DNA of 64,000 bases from Haliotis rubra. Lineage: Eukaryota. Positions 36,651 to 49,865 of the stretch are shown in pieces. Numbering within the stretch: position 1 is the stretch's first letter; each line of letters opens with the position of its first letter. The notes beneath the pieces were generated by a model, which did not search any database, had not been told where the DNA came from, and worked only from the letters and a program-made list of their open reading frames with translations. The position numbers and the translations under genes are program-made. The DNA lies in the NCBI RefSeq assembly GCF_003918875.1, contig NW_025766248.1, positions 1-64,000 of the forward strand, read 5' to 3'.

Positions 36651-38654
36651 CTGAAAGATACAAACAGTCACAGCTGCAGATTCTCAGTCTGTGTGTCTGT
36701 GTTGCAGTTCACTTATTTGTAATCAGTCCTAGAGCAGACTTCAGCAGACTTCAGCTGAAATTCACTAAAATAATGCCGCGGAATAACGAAACTAGAGTGG
36801 TCTCCCTTTGTACATTCACGCTTGACCACGGAACAGGTTCAAGGCGGGTTTTCTTAGCACTCTTGTTGCATAAGTTGCTTATATTTCTGTGATATCTCAG
36901 ACGGTTTTAGTTAAACTATAACCTTAATATGTGTATAGCACAAGACGCCTTGGAAACCCGTCCAGTGTGTTTCCATCAGCCAACTGACCATCACACTGCG
37001 CACCACTCTATCAAAAATCATTACATGTAATATGACTCAATCGATCTGCAGTTTCTGAGACATAGCAAGTAACCGCCAGTATATCATGTCCCCTCCAGTG
37101 CCTATGACTTCAGTAAAGTAGGTAACCTGCAAGCAAACTCCGTTAATCCGTACATCGGCAGATAAGTCTTCACAGTTGAATAATTCTGGAAGTCCCCTTG
37201 AAAGGAACGATATCATTCTTCTGGTGAAAGGTTAACGCAGGATATGAAAACTGCCAACACGTCTGGAAGCATTCAAACTAGTTAACTGTTAACTGTTTAT
37301 TGCACGTGTTACTGTTTTACAAACATACATCTTGTTGACAGTTAACAATCAAGGTAATAAAACATGGCGTGCATTGATGAACAACATCAATATATATCAA
37401 CAGTATCATAACCTTAACATTGTATCAGATTGACTGTGCCCATCTTAAACACAATCACGACCTAGTACTACTCCCACCCGTCTCTTTCTGTGTATAGGTG
37501 TAACAATTACCGATAACGTACGAGAACTCTCGGAAATTACCGATTTCGAAATGTATGTGGTCGCCTCCTTGTGAAGGATTCCACGAGGTTCAAATGTTTG
37601 AAAATACAGTGTAGTTAAAAGAAACGTTGGCTGTCGACGAAGGAAGATTAACAAAAAGAGGACATTCTGCAATGGAAAGAGTTATTGGTTCGGGGGCAAT
37701 ACCAGATTCTCAGATGACGCTGTCGTGATTATGAGCCGTTAAAAAGCGAAACTTCCTAACGGGCTTTGGTGGAATAATTAAACAAGGAAGATTCACTCGA
37801 GGTAGTCAGTGAATTTACATGGGGAGTTCCGAATGAAGGTCGGGTAATTTGATATCCCGGATAAATGGGCTGCCCGAGAGTTTGCATGAAACTCATGGTC
37901 CAAGATAATCTATCATAAATCAAAATAGGCATACGCGTAACACCGTTCATAAATATACCAATGGCAAACCTAGTAATTTTACATATTCGTTTCCAAAAGG
38001 AAATTTATCCTCAAGTCGACCATAAAAATATTTGACAATGACCTTTCAGCATTCATCCAATATCGTCCTTTTCCGTGATGATTTACGACGAGCGCTCTCG
38101 GACATTACCGACTTCCCTTACGTATTCTCTAGACGTATCTTTGTGTGTGTGTTTGGTTTGACGCTGTTTTGAACAGGTATTTCGATTTATATCTCGGCAA
38201 AAGACGTGGCAGAAAAACTCTAATAAATGGAGGCCCTTGTGATATAATCATCTTTGTGAAACCCACATATACTCGGATGTGACACTGTTACACCTAGAAC
38301 GTTAAGTGGAGACAATCAGGCGAATCGTGGATTCAATCATAGGTTCCTGTCACATCAAAGGGACGCAACTCCGCACAGTGTTTCACGGCGCCGTACACGA
38401 CAGGGGTACCCAAGTGTAAACTATAATATCACGTTTGTACAGCTTACATCTTGACAAATTGTTCTAGAAACTGAATCAGTTCACGAAACTGTCCCTAGTT
38501 AACTAATGTTTTCACAATGAATGAGCAAACACAGGGAATACAGATAGAAATCAGATGATTGTATTTCAGGGGACGCAACTCCGATGTACTGATGGACAAT
38601 ATCAGGCTGGTATTGACACCTTAACACAGCGTATCATTACCAGAACGCTAGTAC

Positions 38655-38878
38655 CTCGTGAAGAAACGGGTTCGAACTGATCTTCAGCAACCCACGCATG
38701 TCGTAGAGACGACGGACGGGGTCGGGTGGTCAGGCTTGCTGACTTTGGTTCATACATGTCACCCTATCCCAATTGCGTAGATCGATGCTCATGATGTCAG
38801 TCACTTGATTGTCTGGTCCAGAATGGATTATTTACAGACTGCTGGAATATTGATAAGGGTGGCGTTAAACGACAAACA
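38655..38878 (+). mobile_element. SINE family B
   Basis: cttcagcaaccca...gggtggtcaggct...caattgcgtagatcgatgctcatg...gctggaatattg...ggcgttaaac. Confidence 0.85.
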
Positions 38879-40120
38879 GCCTAATAAAGTACTTCAGGGC
38901 ATTCTCAAACATGTCTAAAACATAACGATACTGTGATGTATGTTGAACATTGACTAACAACGTCAATATTTCATGGGTTTGTATACAGTAGGCTCCTCCA
39001 TTACCCCTCATACACATGACCGCTATGCAGTGTGATTGTGACAGTATCATTGTTCAATAAAAACGAATTGTGGCTTTATATACCTCACGGAATCTATATT
39101 TATCTTTGTGAAACCTAACGTTCCAAAACGCAATGTGTAGAGTGGAGGCTGCAACGCTTGGAGACATGCTCACGAGGAAATGTTGCCGATGTAATCTGAA
39201 CGATCAATGGTGTGAGTACTCGCTGGGTTCCGTCTCGTTGGCACATGGTCGTAAAGGAGGTTCTTTGGTTGATAATAGTCTTCAGTGACAAGCGACCTGT
39301 GTATTTGTCGATTTATATGTGACGTTGGTCTGTATGTAAAAACCAAGAAGTCGACTTTTATCACATCGATGTCAGTGTGTGCGAGGTGTACGTCAACATG
39401 CGCTGTACTGTAAAGTTCAGCCGTTAAACCTCGTGTATTTAACGCCACACGTGGAACTCCGGTAATGTTTGCCTTCAACAAAACAACAGTTCACCTCTAA
39501 CGCGCATAGAACCATTGGCGCACACCGCAGGTCAAACCCTGTGTCATCTGTAATCGATACATCGATCCTGTCCCTTCTAAACACTTCTAATCCTTCAAAA
39601 GACCGAATTTCCGTGCTCACACATGCGTGAGTGTTTGCTAGCGTCCATATCTTTGCCAGACAAGGTGATATCAATCCTTCGCAACACGCACTGACTTTTT
39701 GGACATTGAAGGCCGGTTGGTCGTTAATAAACGGTTATTTCTGGTAACGGTGTTACATTTCAACATGCAATGTTGCATTCGTTAGGCGGGTTTCAACCCC
39801 ATCACGACTTCCACGACGGTAACGCCTCTCAGCTGTCAGACGGAGACGTTTCTTCATCAGTCTTCTACGCCAGCAAACTTTAGTGTTTGTCATAAATCTT
39901 CCTCATTTCTAACATCGGGGTGACTGGTTGGGTTTTCAATGGCGATGGCATTTCGATGATATACTGAACGCTTTTACTCAGTTCAAAGATATCGTATAAG
40001 TAAGACTCTTTATGAAAGGGTTACGAATTTATCTAGAAAAATGAAGCCTACAGTTGTATCGAACGTACTTCAAAGTCTCGAAATTATATGCCTTATCCCT
40101 CACGTATTGGCGATTGTTCA

Positions 40121-40282
40121 GGGGCGGTGGTAAAAAGCGTTTTGTCTGTCACGTAGAAGGCTTCGGTCTCATTCCCCCAGTTAAGTACAATGCGTGAAGT
40201 CCATTTCTGGGTGTACATACATTGATATTGCTGGGATTATTGCTAAAAAGCGGCGTAAAACTAAACTTCCACTCTCACTCAC
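40121..40282 (+). mobile_element. tRNA-derived SINE family A
   Basis: ggggcggtgg head, gtgaagtccatttctgg, gatattgctgggattattgctaaaaagcggcgtaaaac, and an ACTC tail. Confidence 0.85.
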
Positions 40283-41208
40283 GTAGTTGTCAGGTCCAAA
40301 GACGGTTATTTATTCATGTATTACCGGTAGTAAGCCAAACTTCGGATAACTCTCCGTTGTGCCGATCTTTCAGGATGCTGATGTTGTTTAACGGGCTGCC
40401 TGTAAATAAAACTACAGTAATTGATGCGGATAATCCTGCGTATAACGAACAAGCTTTTAACAAACTGATGGAGATATAACCAAATGATGGGTTTTCTTCC
40501 ACTTGCTGTGTATTTTGGGGGTCGAAATGCGTGTAAACTAACCATATACTACTCCATCAAAAGAAGTTTTAGACTCAATAGTGTAAATGTAGCCACTTAT
40601 ACTCTGCTAGTCAACTGTTCTGAAATTGACTTTACTAAAATATTCCTTTACTAGAACCGAGGTACTGTTTACATGAACTAATGTATTTGTAAAAACAAAT
40701 TCGCAACGTTGAAAAGATTATTTTCATGAGTTCAGTAAATGATGAAAATCAGTGAAAAGTTGCGCATTCGCCTCAGCTACTTTACATAATAAAAACGCAG
40801 CTGTTCACATGAAGATATTTGTAATTACGCTTTTAGCAATTTGATGCATGATCCTCGTACAATTCATCTGCATAAAGTTTGCAGTTGGTTCCCCAAGTTA
40901 GTCGAGGAAATTCATCTTCGAAGTAACCATACATATATATGCATATTCAGCATATAGTGAGCGCTTCCAGGTGAGCCAAAATTTTGATGGTAGTATACGA
41001 TGAGAACGAAGTGTAATTAGTGGTCCCTTTAGTTCGGCATGAACCGTAGTTTGCATTGAAAAGTTACGAACCATTGGTCGAATTACGATGACACTCATTA
41101 GATAAAAGTTGCTGGACAATCCCATCCAATGAGACGCCCTTTACGACAATCTGTTAATTCCTAAGTGGAGTTGCTTCGTAATCCTGCCGATATATTTAGA
41201 TTACTTCT

Positions 41209-41385
41209 GACCCGTGAAGATCGGGTAAGAATTGGTCTTCAGGTAACCCATGCTTGCCGTAAAAAGGCGATTAATCGGGTTGTCAGGCTCGTTGACTCAT
41301 TGACACATGTCATCGTCTCCTAGTTGCGTATCTGGTTAATTGCAGACCGCCTGAATATTGCCGGAGTGAGGCTTTATATTAACAA
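41209..41385 (+). mobile_element. SINE family B (internally deleted)
   Basis: gacccgtgaagatc...cccatgcttgccgtaaaaaggcga...caggctcgttgac...gacacatgtcatcg...gaatattgc. Confidence 0.8.
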
Positions 41386-42029
41386 CAAATAGAATAATTT
41401 CTACCCAACCTACGACATGGTGGATTTGGCGTTCCTTATTGATGTTTCTGACGTAATTAAATTCATAAACAAGTGAGTACTCTTGTTAACGCTGTCTTTG
41501 AAAGGGCATATTCAGTCCTAAGCAGATATTTCTCAAAATGGAAATACACGTTCGTTTTGTCAGTTTCTTCATCTTATTTGGTATCATAATCATAAATGTG
41601 TTTTTACAGCAAACACGAGTTGACATCTGAGAATGAATGTGTTGAATGGCATCAGCCAAATATACATTTGTACAAAAGAATATATTTATATCATAGAAGC
41701 CCACTAATACTACATACATCAGGAATATGCTGGCGCTTCTGCGACACCTACATTCATTTTACTAGAACGCTTGGAGTGGAATAAATTATCGTTGTTGTTT
41801 GAAATATACTAGCCACATAGAAACTGTGCACACAGAAAATTCCTTCAGAAGTGGAATCGACACAGAAAAGGCGAAATGATGTAGACACTTTATAAGCTGG
41901 AAATGCTTGGATTTACAACAACATGTCAAAAGAACATGAACAATATCCGTAACGCGATGGCGTCAAGTTCATTAAATTCGAGGGTCTACTGTCCGATACC
42001 AAAATTAAATAACAGGTACTTATTGACCA

Positions 42030-42715
42030 TCATCGCGTGAAGCACAGCAGTGCATTGGCCAGCATATAGGCTTCAAATGAGCATTAAAGGCCTGGGAATG
42101 GTTAGGGACTTGGTCACTGCCGTCCGGAACCTGTGTCTGAGATGAGTCACCCGAAACTATCTGTCCTGTCTTGGCGTCGTTACTCGGGGACGCCCAGAAC
42201 GTGAGAGTGGTCGGCGGCGTCATTACTGCTTCCATAACGCCTGACCAATGCAGATATCGTGTTACGATGGCATTTTAAATGTGCTGCCACCTGTTGTTGG
42301 ATCATGCCTGCTCGAACCATTCCAAAGTCTTCATGACGTTGAGCAGATGTCAGTCTTGGCATGGAATGACCAAAGATCAAGCTTGCCGACAGTGTCAGCA
42401 ATTTCATACGGGTTATTCACGGGACAAACCAATAGCATTATCAACCTTGATCTTCTTACTAGATTTACGGAAAGGGGCGAGTGTTGACGAATGCATTCGC
42501 TTCGTAGGGGCCCTTCGAGAGGGAACAGGAAGTACACATTCAGCTTGTCTCGGAGGTGCGTCTCACGAATGCGAACTTATTTAGATGCTTGGCTTCAGCA
42601 TGAAATTGCGTGGCACCTGTTGAATGTTTGAGATAATCTATTTTTTCAACATATCCTCTTTTGCATATAAAACATGGAAATGTTGACATTATTACATACT
42701 TTATAGCGCACTGAG
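42030..42715 (-). mobile_element. Tc1-family DNA transposon remnant: 5' end and N-terminal HTH region of the transposase (pseudogene)
   Basis: Minus strand from 42362 reads MPRLTSAQRHEDFGMVRAGMIQQQVAAHLKCHRNTISALVRRY, then after a frameshift SGRPRVTTPRQDR*FRVTHLRHRFRTA (paired-like HTH and the GRPR motif of Tc1). A Tc1-like terminus CAGTGCGCTATAAAGTATG lies near 42714. Confidence 0.85.
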
Positions 42716-44232
42716 TCCCCAATCGAGTAGAAGTTGGAAATACTATTCTAATGCCCAAACTTGATGAGCGATGGGGATTATATTAATACCTTTCTGTCAG
42801 AAGAAAAACAGGAAGCGTATTCAAGGAGTTCACCCAGCAAAATCGGATTAAATGCAATTTTAGTTCATTTTGCGTCTCAGCGTCGTTTAAGCTAGAAGTA
42901 AGAATCCCCATAGCATAGGCGCCACTGTATTCCCCTTCCTCTTGGCGTGTTTTCTATATACATATGAATCGGAAACTCTGCTTGAAGTCAAAACAAGTTA
43001 ATTTGATAAAATGTTCTGATATCGTTCAATGATCATCAAATAGCCAATTTCCTTCTTGAACTGGAAATATAGGCGATCCTGTGAGACCGCCTCGTCTATT
43101 TCATATTTAGGTGCCTAAAGATTCATCTTTACCTTGATGTCCAGCAATATTCCAGCAGCTCCAGCCTTTCGTGTTTGCATGTCACAACTTCAGAGATACA
43201 ATGGAGCATTCCCTTTCTACCAAGATTTCAAAGAGGCGCCATACGACCCTTTCCCACAAACCTGTTTGATCTAGATTATAACATTTGTGGCTTTTTCAGG
43301 TCGGTGGCTTCCCTCATGTCTATATTTGTCATATACAGATACACAAACATATAAAAACGATTCTATTTCAGTTTGACTTATTGACCCGATTATTGAATAT
43401 TTATAAATCAATGCGAACTTGTAAAACAGTTTATTCACGATAAACTCTGTTAAAATGTTGGCTTTGTCAATCGCACAAAGCACCAAGCATCTGTCAGCTA
43501 ATCCTGGAACAACGAACCAAAACATACCCCGCTCTACACGTGGACGATATGCACAGCTCCCAGCATGCGTTGGGACAGACCGGAAGTACTGGTGTTGTAT
43601 TCATTACCACAAGAGACCTCTATAGTCCCTTTACGGACATTTTGGTTTGAAACCGGTAAACATTACAAAACAACATTTATGGTCATGTGGTAATCCAGAA
43701 TAATTGAAACACTATTTCCTGGCCTAACGTTGCAAGTAATAGCGGCGTCTAATTGAGACTGAATGAGGATCTTAAGACTCACGACCATGAATGCTCCAAC
43801 ATTGTCCAACATACACATCAAATGCCTGTTTGGGGATTAGCGGCTGGACGGAATGGTGCCATAACTGGATGTCATGGAGTGGACGAACGATGGTGAAAAT
43901 ACACTTCGAGCACTTGTGGCTTCAGATAGGGCTGTTACCCTCCCTGTCTCATGTAGTGCCCCTATTAGTTACTTAGCGACACAAAGGTTAGGTGTAGTTA
44001 TAGCATTGTAGTTTGTGTTGGTGCAATGGGGTTAATTGTTTGTGTCACGTGATAGCACAGCTGTTTTGTTTGACTGCAGACATGGGAGAAAGACTCCGGG
44101 GTTAAGAAGTTTGTTAAACAGACTCCATGGTTCGTATTTAAACTGTTTGGTGAAAACATTAACAGACATTTGTATCAACCTTATGCATAAAGCAGATGAA
44201 ACCAAGTGACATTTATGTACAGAAACAAACTC

Positions 44233-44405
44233 TGGACCCTGTGGTGAACTGGATTGTTTTGACTTTCAGTGACGACTAACGGGATCGGGTGGTCAGGCTC
44301 GTTGACCTGGTTGACACATATCGGGCCATATCCCAAGACGCGATTGTTTTACAGACCGCCGTTATATAGCTGGGGTATTGCTGAGTGTAGCCTTAAAACA
44401 AACAA
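44233..44405 (+). mobile_element. SINE family B (a second degraded copy follows at ~44640-44800)
   Basis: gactaacgggatcgggtggtcaggctcg...ttacagaccgccgttatatagctggggtattgctgagtg. Confidence 0.8.
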
Positions 44406-44946
44406 AACCTTCTTATACCGGGGAGATTGTTTACTGACAGCATGTCACAGCCATATCGTTCTTCGGATGTCACCAAAATGGTGGCAAAATGGTTTTGCAA
44501 GATCAGATGAAATGATAATTTCTTATTGTGTAAAATATAATGTATACAACCAGGGACACTCTACAACATATAGTCTCCCTGATACAACTCACATTTTATA
44601 TACCCTTAGGGATTCCGGTAGGAATATGGCTAAATAAATCAGGTGACCAGGCTCGCTGACTTAGCTGATTATTTGTCATGCTATTGTAACTGGATGAATC
44701 GATGCTCATGATGTCAATCACCGGATTTGTCTGGTTCAAACCAGATCACCCACATTTGGAAGTAATATAGCGAGGAATACTGCTGAATGTAGCGTAAAGA
44801 ACACGCATAGGCACACGTACACGCCCGCCCGCGCGCGCGCACCCACACACACCCGCGCGCGTTGTTGAAAATTAGATTCAACAGGCGTTCAATACGGAAC
44901 TCGGGTGCAAGACGGAATTCGCCTTAGCTCGCCGTATCGCCGTATT

Positions 44947-45097
44947 GTGTGAGTATGAAATTAAGCCCCCATTCCAGCAAAAATCACGGCGTGGGACACC
45001 AGAAATGGGCTTCACACATTGTACCCAACTGGGGAATCGAACCCGGGTCTTCAACGTGACGAACAAAACGCTTTCACCACAAGGCAGCCCTAGCGCC
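44947..45097 (-). mobile_element. tRNA-derived SINE family A
   Basis: The reverse complement contains a B-box-like gacccgggttcgattcccc and ggtacaatgtgtgaagcccatttctggtgtccc. Confidence 0.85.
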
Positions 45098-46047
45098 ACG
45101 TATGTATGTAATAAGAAATCGAAATTGTATAGACACATTCGTACAAGCTCGTGTATTATTTAAGATCCACTTGTTCTGACCATCTGATTTTTTATTCATG
45201 ACAACAACGGTGTCTTCGGCTTCATTACATCCTCATTACTCCTCCATCTCAAGTGTGAAATCAGTAGACAAGACAGCTGTCCAGCTGAGAGATCTATACG
45301 AGCGGGTGCTGCAGCTAGACTCCTACACAGTCACGTGGAAAGCAGTATAAATGTCGGAGATTCATGGCTTCACATTCCAGCCTTACAAAACATTCTTTGC
45401 CGTCAGTTAGGAACAGATAGAAATCATTATTGAACTTTGAGATATGTCACCACATGCATAGTTGCAAAGGTCGTCATTATTCCTACAGAGACTGTGAATA
45501 TATTGTTAGAACAAAACAGAACAATAACAATACAATAACATATTGGAAGCATTGGCGTAACTAATACAATTTTAGTACGTGACAGTAAATGTCGCGGTGG
45601 ATATCATACATGTGTATTCAACATACCATCACTTCTACATATCACTTCAATAATATTTATTGAATTTATAGATATTTCATATTGAGTTCCACTATTTTCC
45701 GAAAATATTTGTAAACGGTGTAAATGAAAACAATAGGCCTTGCATAGACACGTCTATCATCTTCCGGTTATCCTGGCTTTGACTAACATTTAGTCCCCGA
45801 AAATAAATATTTAAAAGTATATGTATCTACAACATAATTCTAGATAGAGCCCACAACAATCCATAATAGACTTTAACTTATTTAACTTATTAACATATTT
45901 TCTACGATCTGGGGGGCAGCTGCTGACTACTCATTGAAAACACTTGCGAATTAATCTGCGTAACATTCTAACTTGAGTGTGAATAATCAATGATCCTATG
46001 TCGTGTCAGCCATTTCGTATGTAGCCTTTTACACTCCACCGACTGAT

Positions 46048-46246
46048 TGGTTGTAGTGGTTGTGCCGATAGTGGTGGTGGTTGTGCCGATGGTGGTGGTG
46101 GTGGTTTTGCTGATGGTGGATGTGCTTCTGGTGGTGGTGGTGCTTATGGGGCTGGGTGTGCTTATGGGGCTGGGTGTGCTGTTGGGGCTGGTTGTGCTGT
46201 TGGGGCTGGGTGTGCTGTTGGGGGTGGTTGTGCCGATGGTGGTGGT
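46048..46246. repeat. Low-complexity (GGT)n tract with 18-bp and 21-bp repeats
   Basis: Repeats of gtggttgtgccgat(g/a)gtg and ggggctgggtgtgct(t/g). Open in several frames (Thr/Ser/Pro-rich, His/Gln-rich, Val/Gly-rich). Confidence 0.85.
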
Positions 46247-46479
46247 GAATGTCGGGGAGTTGCTCATGATCATAATCCTCGTTGTCCATCTTCATCATCC
46301 GTACATGTCATAAACTATACCGACTGGCGACTTTCGAGGATCTTGTAAAGCATGTAACCTTTGGCGAGGAATAAATGCGGAAATGTCTTAACACCAGTTA
46401 TACTGGACAGTTATCCCCAGTCTGCTGTCGAATCTGTTGAAATTAAGTGGTCACGTGGTCCTCAACCGTTGTGTCATGA

Positions 46480-46627
46480 CGTTACTCCGCTTTTATCAAT
46501 ATTTCAGCAATATCACGGCAAGGGACACCAGAAACTAGCTTCTCATATTGTACCCACCTGGGAACAGAACCCGGACCTTTGGTGTTAAGAGCAAAAGCTT
46601 TAACCACTAGGCTACCCTACCGCGCCC
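46480..46627 (-). mobile_element. tRNA-derived SINE family A
   Basis: cagcaatatcacggc...acaccagaaa...ttaaccactaggctacc is the reverse complement of family A. Confidence 0.85.
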
Positions 46628-47244
46628 TCAATTGCCATCGGACGCAGCATAATCAACATAGGCAGATCTTGACGCCGAAGATTTCACCATCACGTCGTTA
46701 AAATTGAATCCGCAAATTATGGGCATAATTTACCTTTGGCGATTTCGCACCGGTAATCAAAGACGACTTCTGCATATAAATCAATACTAGGGCTGTAACA
46801 GTAGCGGAGGTTACACAAACATGCGGCAAAACATGTCCCACTGTATAATCAATGTTCTCTGGTTTGGACCGGACTGGTTGTGAAGTGACTGTGGGATATG
46901 GGTTTCACTGGGAGCGCCTTGCCATCCTTCTGATTGTACAGGCAATGTGTGACGTATATCGTAACGTCTGTACCCGAGAGGGTCGCTTTTCAGAATCAGA
47001 TATAATAAGGGTTAGTTATGGATGGGACCGTTTCTTAATATTCTTCCACATTTACGTCCAGGCCAGAGTTATTATTTCAAAAAGATATCTATAAACAAGT
47101 ACAAAGGGAACCCACAACAATACCATGTTGCAGACTAAGGCAATGAATTGGCATGTAAGTTAGGTCATAATAAGAATAAAGATTTGTAGCCTCAGCATAT
47201 ACATGTCTCCACATCTCTACAATCCAAGATGGCGCTCAAATGTG

Positions 47245-47318
47245 AATAACGAACAACGGATATAGCGAACTAAATTTCTTGGTCCCTTGGAGTTCGTTAT
47301 ATCCATGTTCTACTGTAT
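47245..47318. mobile_element. End fragment of a pogo/Tigger-like MITE related to the element at 61431-63075
   Basis: gcgaactaaattt...ggtcccttggagttcgttatatcc...ctactgTA is the reverse complement of the ataacgaagtcgaagggacc...aaatttagttcgt motif, and ends in CTG-TA. Confidence 0.55.
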
Positions 47319-48135
47319 ATAATTTCAGGAGCTGAGGCAAAGATGTCAGATGATTGACTGAGTAAATCCGAAGAGTGACACCGGGTGTTTACGTTTACTG
47401 AACTCACTTTTATACACATTGAATATATATATAAAAAGATTTTTAGAAGTTTTTAACCCTTAACACAACAAAACTGCACACGAAACCAATAATGCCTTGA
47501 ACCAACCCTGCCATTCGATTATCAACCAATCAGTAAATGGAAGGCCTGTTGTGGGCGTTTTCTATTTTTTTCTTCGGATTTTTGAAACCAAAACACCAAA
47601 AAACGTGCATGGTTATCCAATCACTTTCAGAAAGCGCTTTATAAGTGTGTTTGACCAAAGCTGAATTTCTAAAACGATTCAGTCAAAAACAGATCAAACA
47701 TGTGTCAAGGATTCACCTTGATTATATTTCCCTTTATAATTATTTTTTTCGCTGATTTTTTAAAAATTTGCAAACTGATGCAAACATCAGACGATAAGAG
47801 AAATACGTTCAAATCGGTGTCTAACAATTAAATCATCAGAGACCAGATTATTCCAACATGGGCGTTGTCTGGGAAACGGAACTGGACGTGTAATGAACGC
47901 ACAACAAGAGTGACACAGATCTAATCGGACGCGCCGGAACAGATTGAGTGGTCAATACACAGACTGGACAGTTATGGAAATACGGCTTGTTGTCGCCACG
48001 TGGTATTGGCAGGCACTGATGGATGAACACTCGGCATAAGAGCGACGCCGTAAGTCCTTGTGTGTGTAAGATCAGTTTCCAGGTAAATATTAGCTCGATA
48101 AACTACAGCATCCTGATGTAGGTTTGTGGATCATT

Positions 48136-48267
48136 AGGCAAGTTTGTAGCGCAAATAGGGTTGCGCAACAAAGAAAATGACCAGTCTTCCCATATGCTTC
48201 GCTCGCATATGGGAAGACTGGTCATTTTCTCTTTGTTGCGCAAACCTATTTGAGCAACACTTTGCCT
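48136..48267. repeat. Near-perfect ~130-bp palindrome (foldback)
   Basis: ttgcgcaacaaagaaaatgaccagtcttcccatatgc-ttcgctc-gcatatgggaagactggtcattttctctttgttgcgcaa, extended by imperfect outer arms. Confidence 0.9.
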
Positions 48268-48316
48268 GTGGTGTGATGGATACAAATGATCTGATCCGTC
48301 TTCAGATTATCTAGTC

Positions 48317-48482
48317 TGGATCAGACAATCCAGTGATCGATATCGCGAGCATCGGTCTGCCAATGTTTGCGCGATAACAGGCATTAACCCAGTCAGCGAG
48401 CCTGACCACCCGATCCCGTTAGTCGCCTCTGACGACAAGCGTGGGTTACTGAAAACCAGTTCTAACCTGGATCTTCACGGGT
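48317..48482 (-). mobile_element. SINE family B
   Basis: cagcgagcctgaccacccgatcccgttagtcgcctctgacgacaagc...gatcttcacgggt is the reverse complement of family B. Confidence 0.85.
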
Positions 48483-48912
48483 ATCCAAGATCTGTAGCAA
48501 GGCATTATACTACACAGGGAACATGTACTGATACTACAGATATTTATAAACTGACATCAATTAATATCGCGTTTATGGACGTACAAACGGTGTCTCAAAT
48601 GTACACTAACATGTGTAAGCAAAGTGTTGTTTTTACGTTTGTAACTGCATGAAGCCATCAGGAATGAAGAAGTCGGTATTTGTAAATAGTCAGCAATAAC
48701 ATTGCCACAGAGAGCTTATTTAATCACTAACAATAAAAACAACTTAGGTAATACTGATTCGGTGACATTATAGAAATGGTAATAAATTAGTGGGCGCGGC
48801 CTGTTCGCCAGACACTGCTTGGCTACTAGGCAACAAGATGCAACGTAAACACTTGGAATTAAGGCACTAGCGGATAGGTCCCGTCTCATATGTTTGTGAG
48901 AACCTTTGGCAA

Positions 48913-49104
48913 CACATCTGAATGTAATGCCATTACAAACAGTATGTATAGTGTCCAAGTAAGTGTTATCGGTAACCCTGGGGTATTCTACTGTAGTACA
49001 AAAGTATTCACATCTGAATGTAATGCCATTACAAACAGTATGTATAGTGTCCAAGTAAGTGTTATCGGTAACCCTGGGGTATTCTACTGTAGTACAAGAG
49101 TATT
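48913..49104 (+). repeat. 96-bp direct tandem duplication (2 copies)
   Basis: cacatctgaatgtaatgcc...ctgtagtacaa(a/g)agtatt at 48913-49008 and 49009-49104, with one mismatch. Confidence 0.95.
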
Positions 49105-49134
49105 CACAACTGAAACAAGTGTACCAGCTGCATG

Positions 49135-49642
49135 TATACACAAAGAACTTAATTAAGTGCCCACTGTATTTTTGCAATGATAGGTTTTCAACACGTACAT
49201 AAAACTGCTCATGGTGACCACGATGGAAAAAACATGAGTTTTTCTGACCCGTATGATCCTTTGACTCATAAAAAACAACAAAATGATTGGAATCCATGTT
49301 GAAAATGGTTCATTTTAAAGAAACACTCATTTTCATACAAAGCCATGTCTGTACAAGTATGGCCCTGGAATGTTTAATGTTGAATTTATTGGTGAATGTG
49401 AACATTCAAATGTCTTTTTGCGTGTATTACACGATTCAATGTCAATACTAAGTGTAACCTCCATGTGTCTGCACTCTCCTCCTCATACCCCCTGTCAGCC
49501 TCCTGATCCATTCCTACGTCATTCCTCGTGTAAAGCAGCTTCCAATTGGGCCAGGTTTTGTACAGGAGGGTCCCGTTGTTGCACACGACGACAGATGTCC
49601 CAGATATACTCCAAAAGTTTAAGATCGGGATATGTCTGGGGG
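49135..49642 (-). mobile_element. Tc1-family transposon remnant: C-terminal transposase fragment and 3' end
   Basis: Minus strand 49642-49440 reads PQTYPDLKLLEYIWDICRRVQQRDPPVQNLAQLEAALHEE*, then IRRLTGGMRRRVQ, then HGGYT. This is a degraded SPDLNPIEHxW...L..EW......SM.RR......GG.T Tc1 C-terminus. The lower boundary is approximate. Confidence 0.8.
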
Positions 49643-49778
49643 TGCTTAACTAAGTTCTTTGTGTATATTTTGAACCGTAGCACATTTTAAAAATACCCTT
49701 ATCGTTTAGGAAGGTTCCTTGCATGACGCTATACATCTTGTATATTGTACATCGGAAGCAGCCTAACACCCACTCTCC

Positions 49779-49781
<3 letters not shown>

Positions 49782-49820
<39 letters not shown>

Positions 49821-49865
49821 GTTGATGATGATGATGGTAATGACGACGACGACGATGACGACGAT
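49782..49865. repeat. Compound microsatellite (CT)n + (GAT/GAC)n
   Basis: Directly visible in the sequence. Confidence 0.95.

Noticed and set aside
46047-46313. Val/Gly/Leu-rich membrane protein on the plus strand
   Set aside because: Simply the reading of the (GGT)n-type repeat, with no supporting gene structure.
48716-49297. 193-aa minus-strand ORF as a gene
   Set aside because: Its length is inflated by the in-frame 96-bp duplication, it overlaps the Tc1 remnant end, and no domain is recognisable.
42030-49642. A single Tc1 element spanning both transposase fragments
   Set aside because: Both fragments are on the minus strand, but the N-terminal part lies downstream of the C-terminal part, so they are separate remnants.
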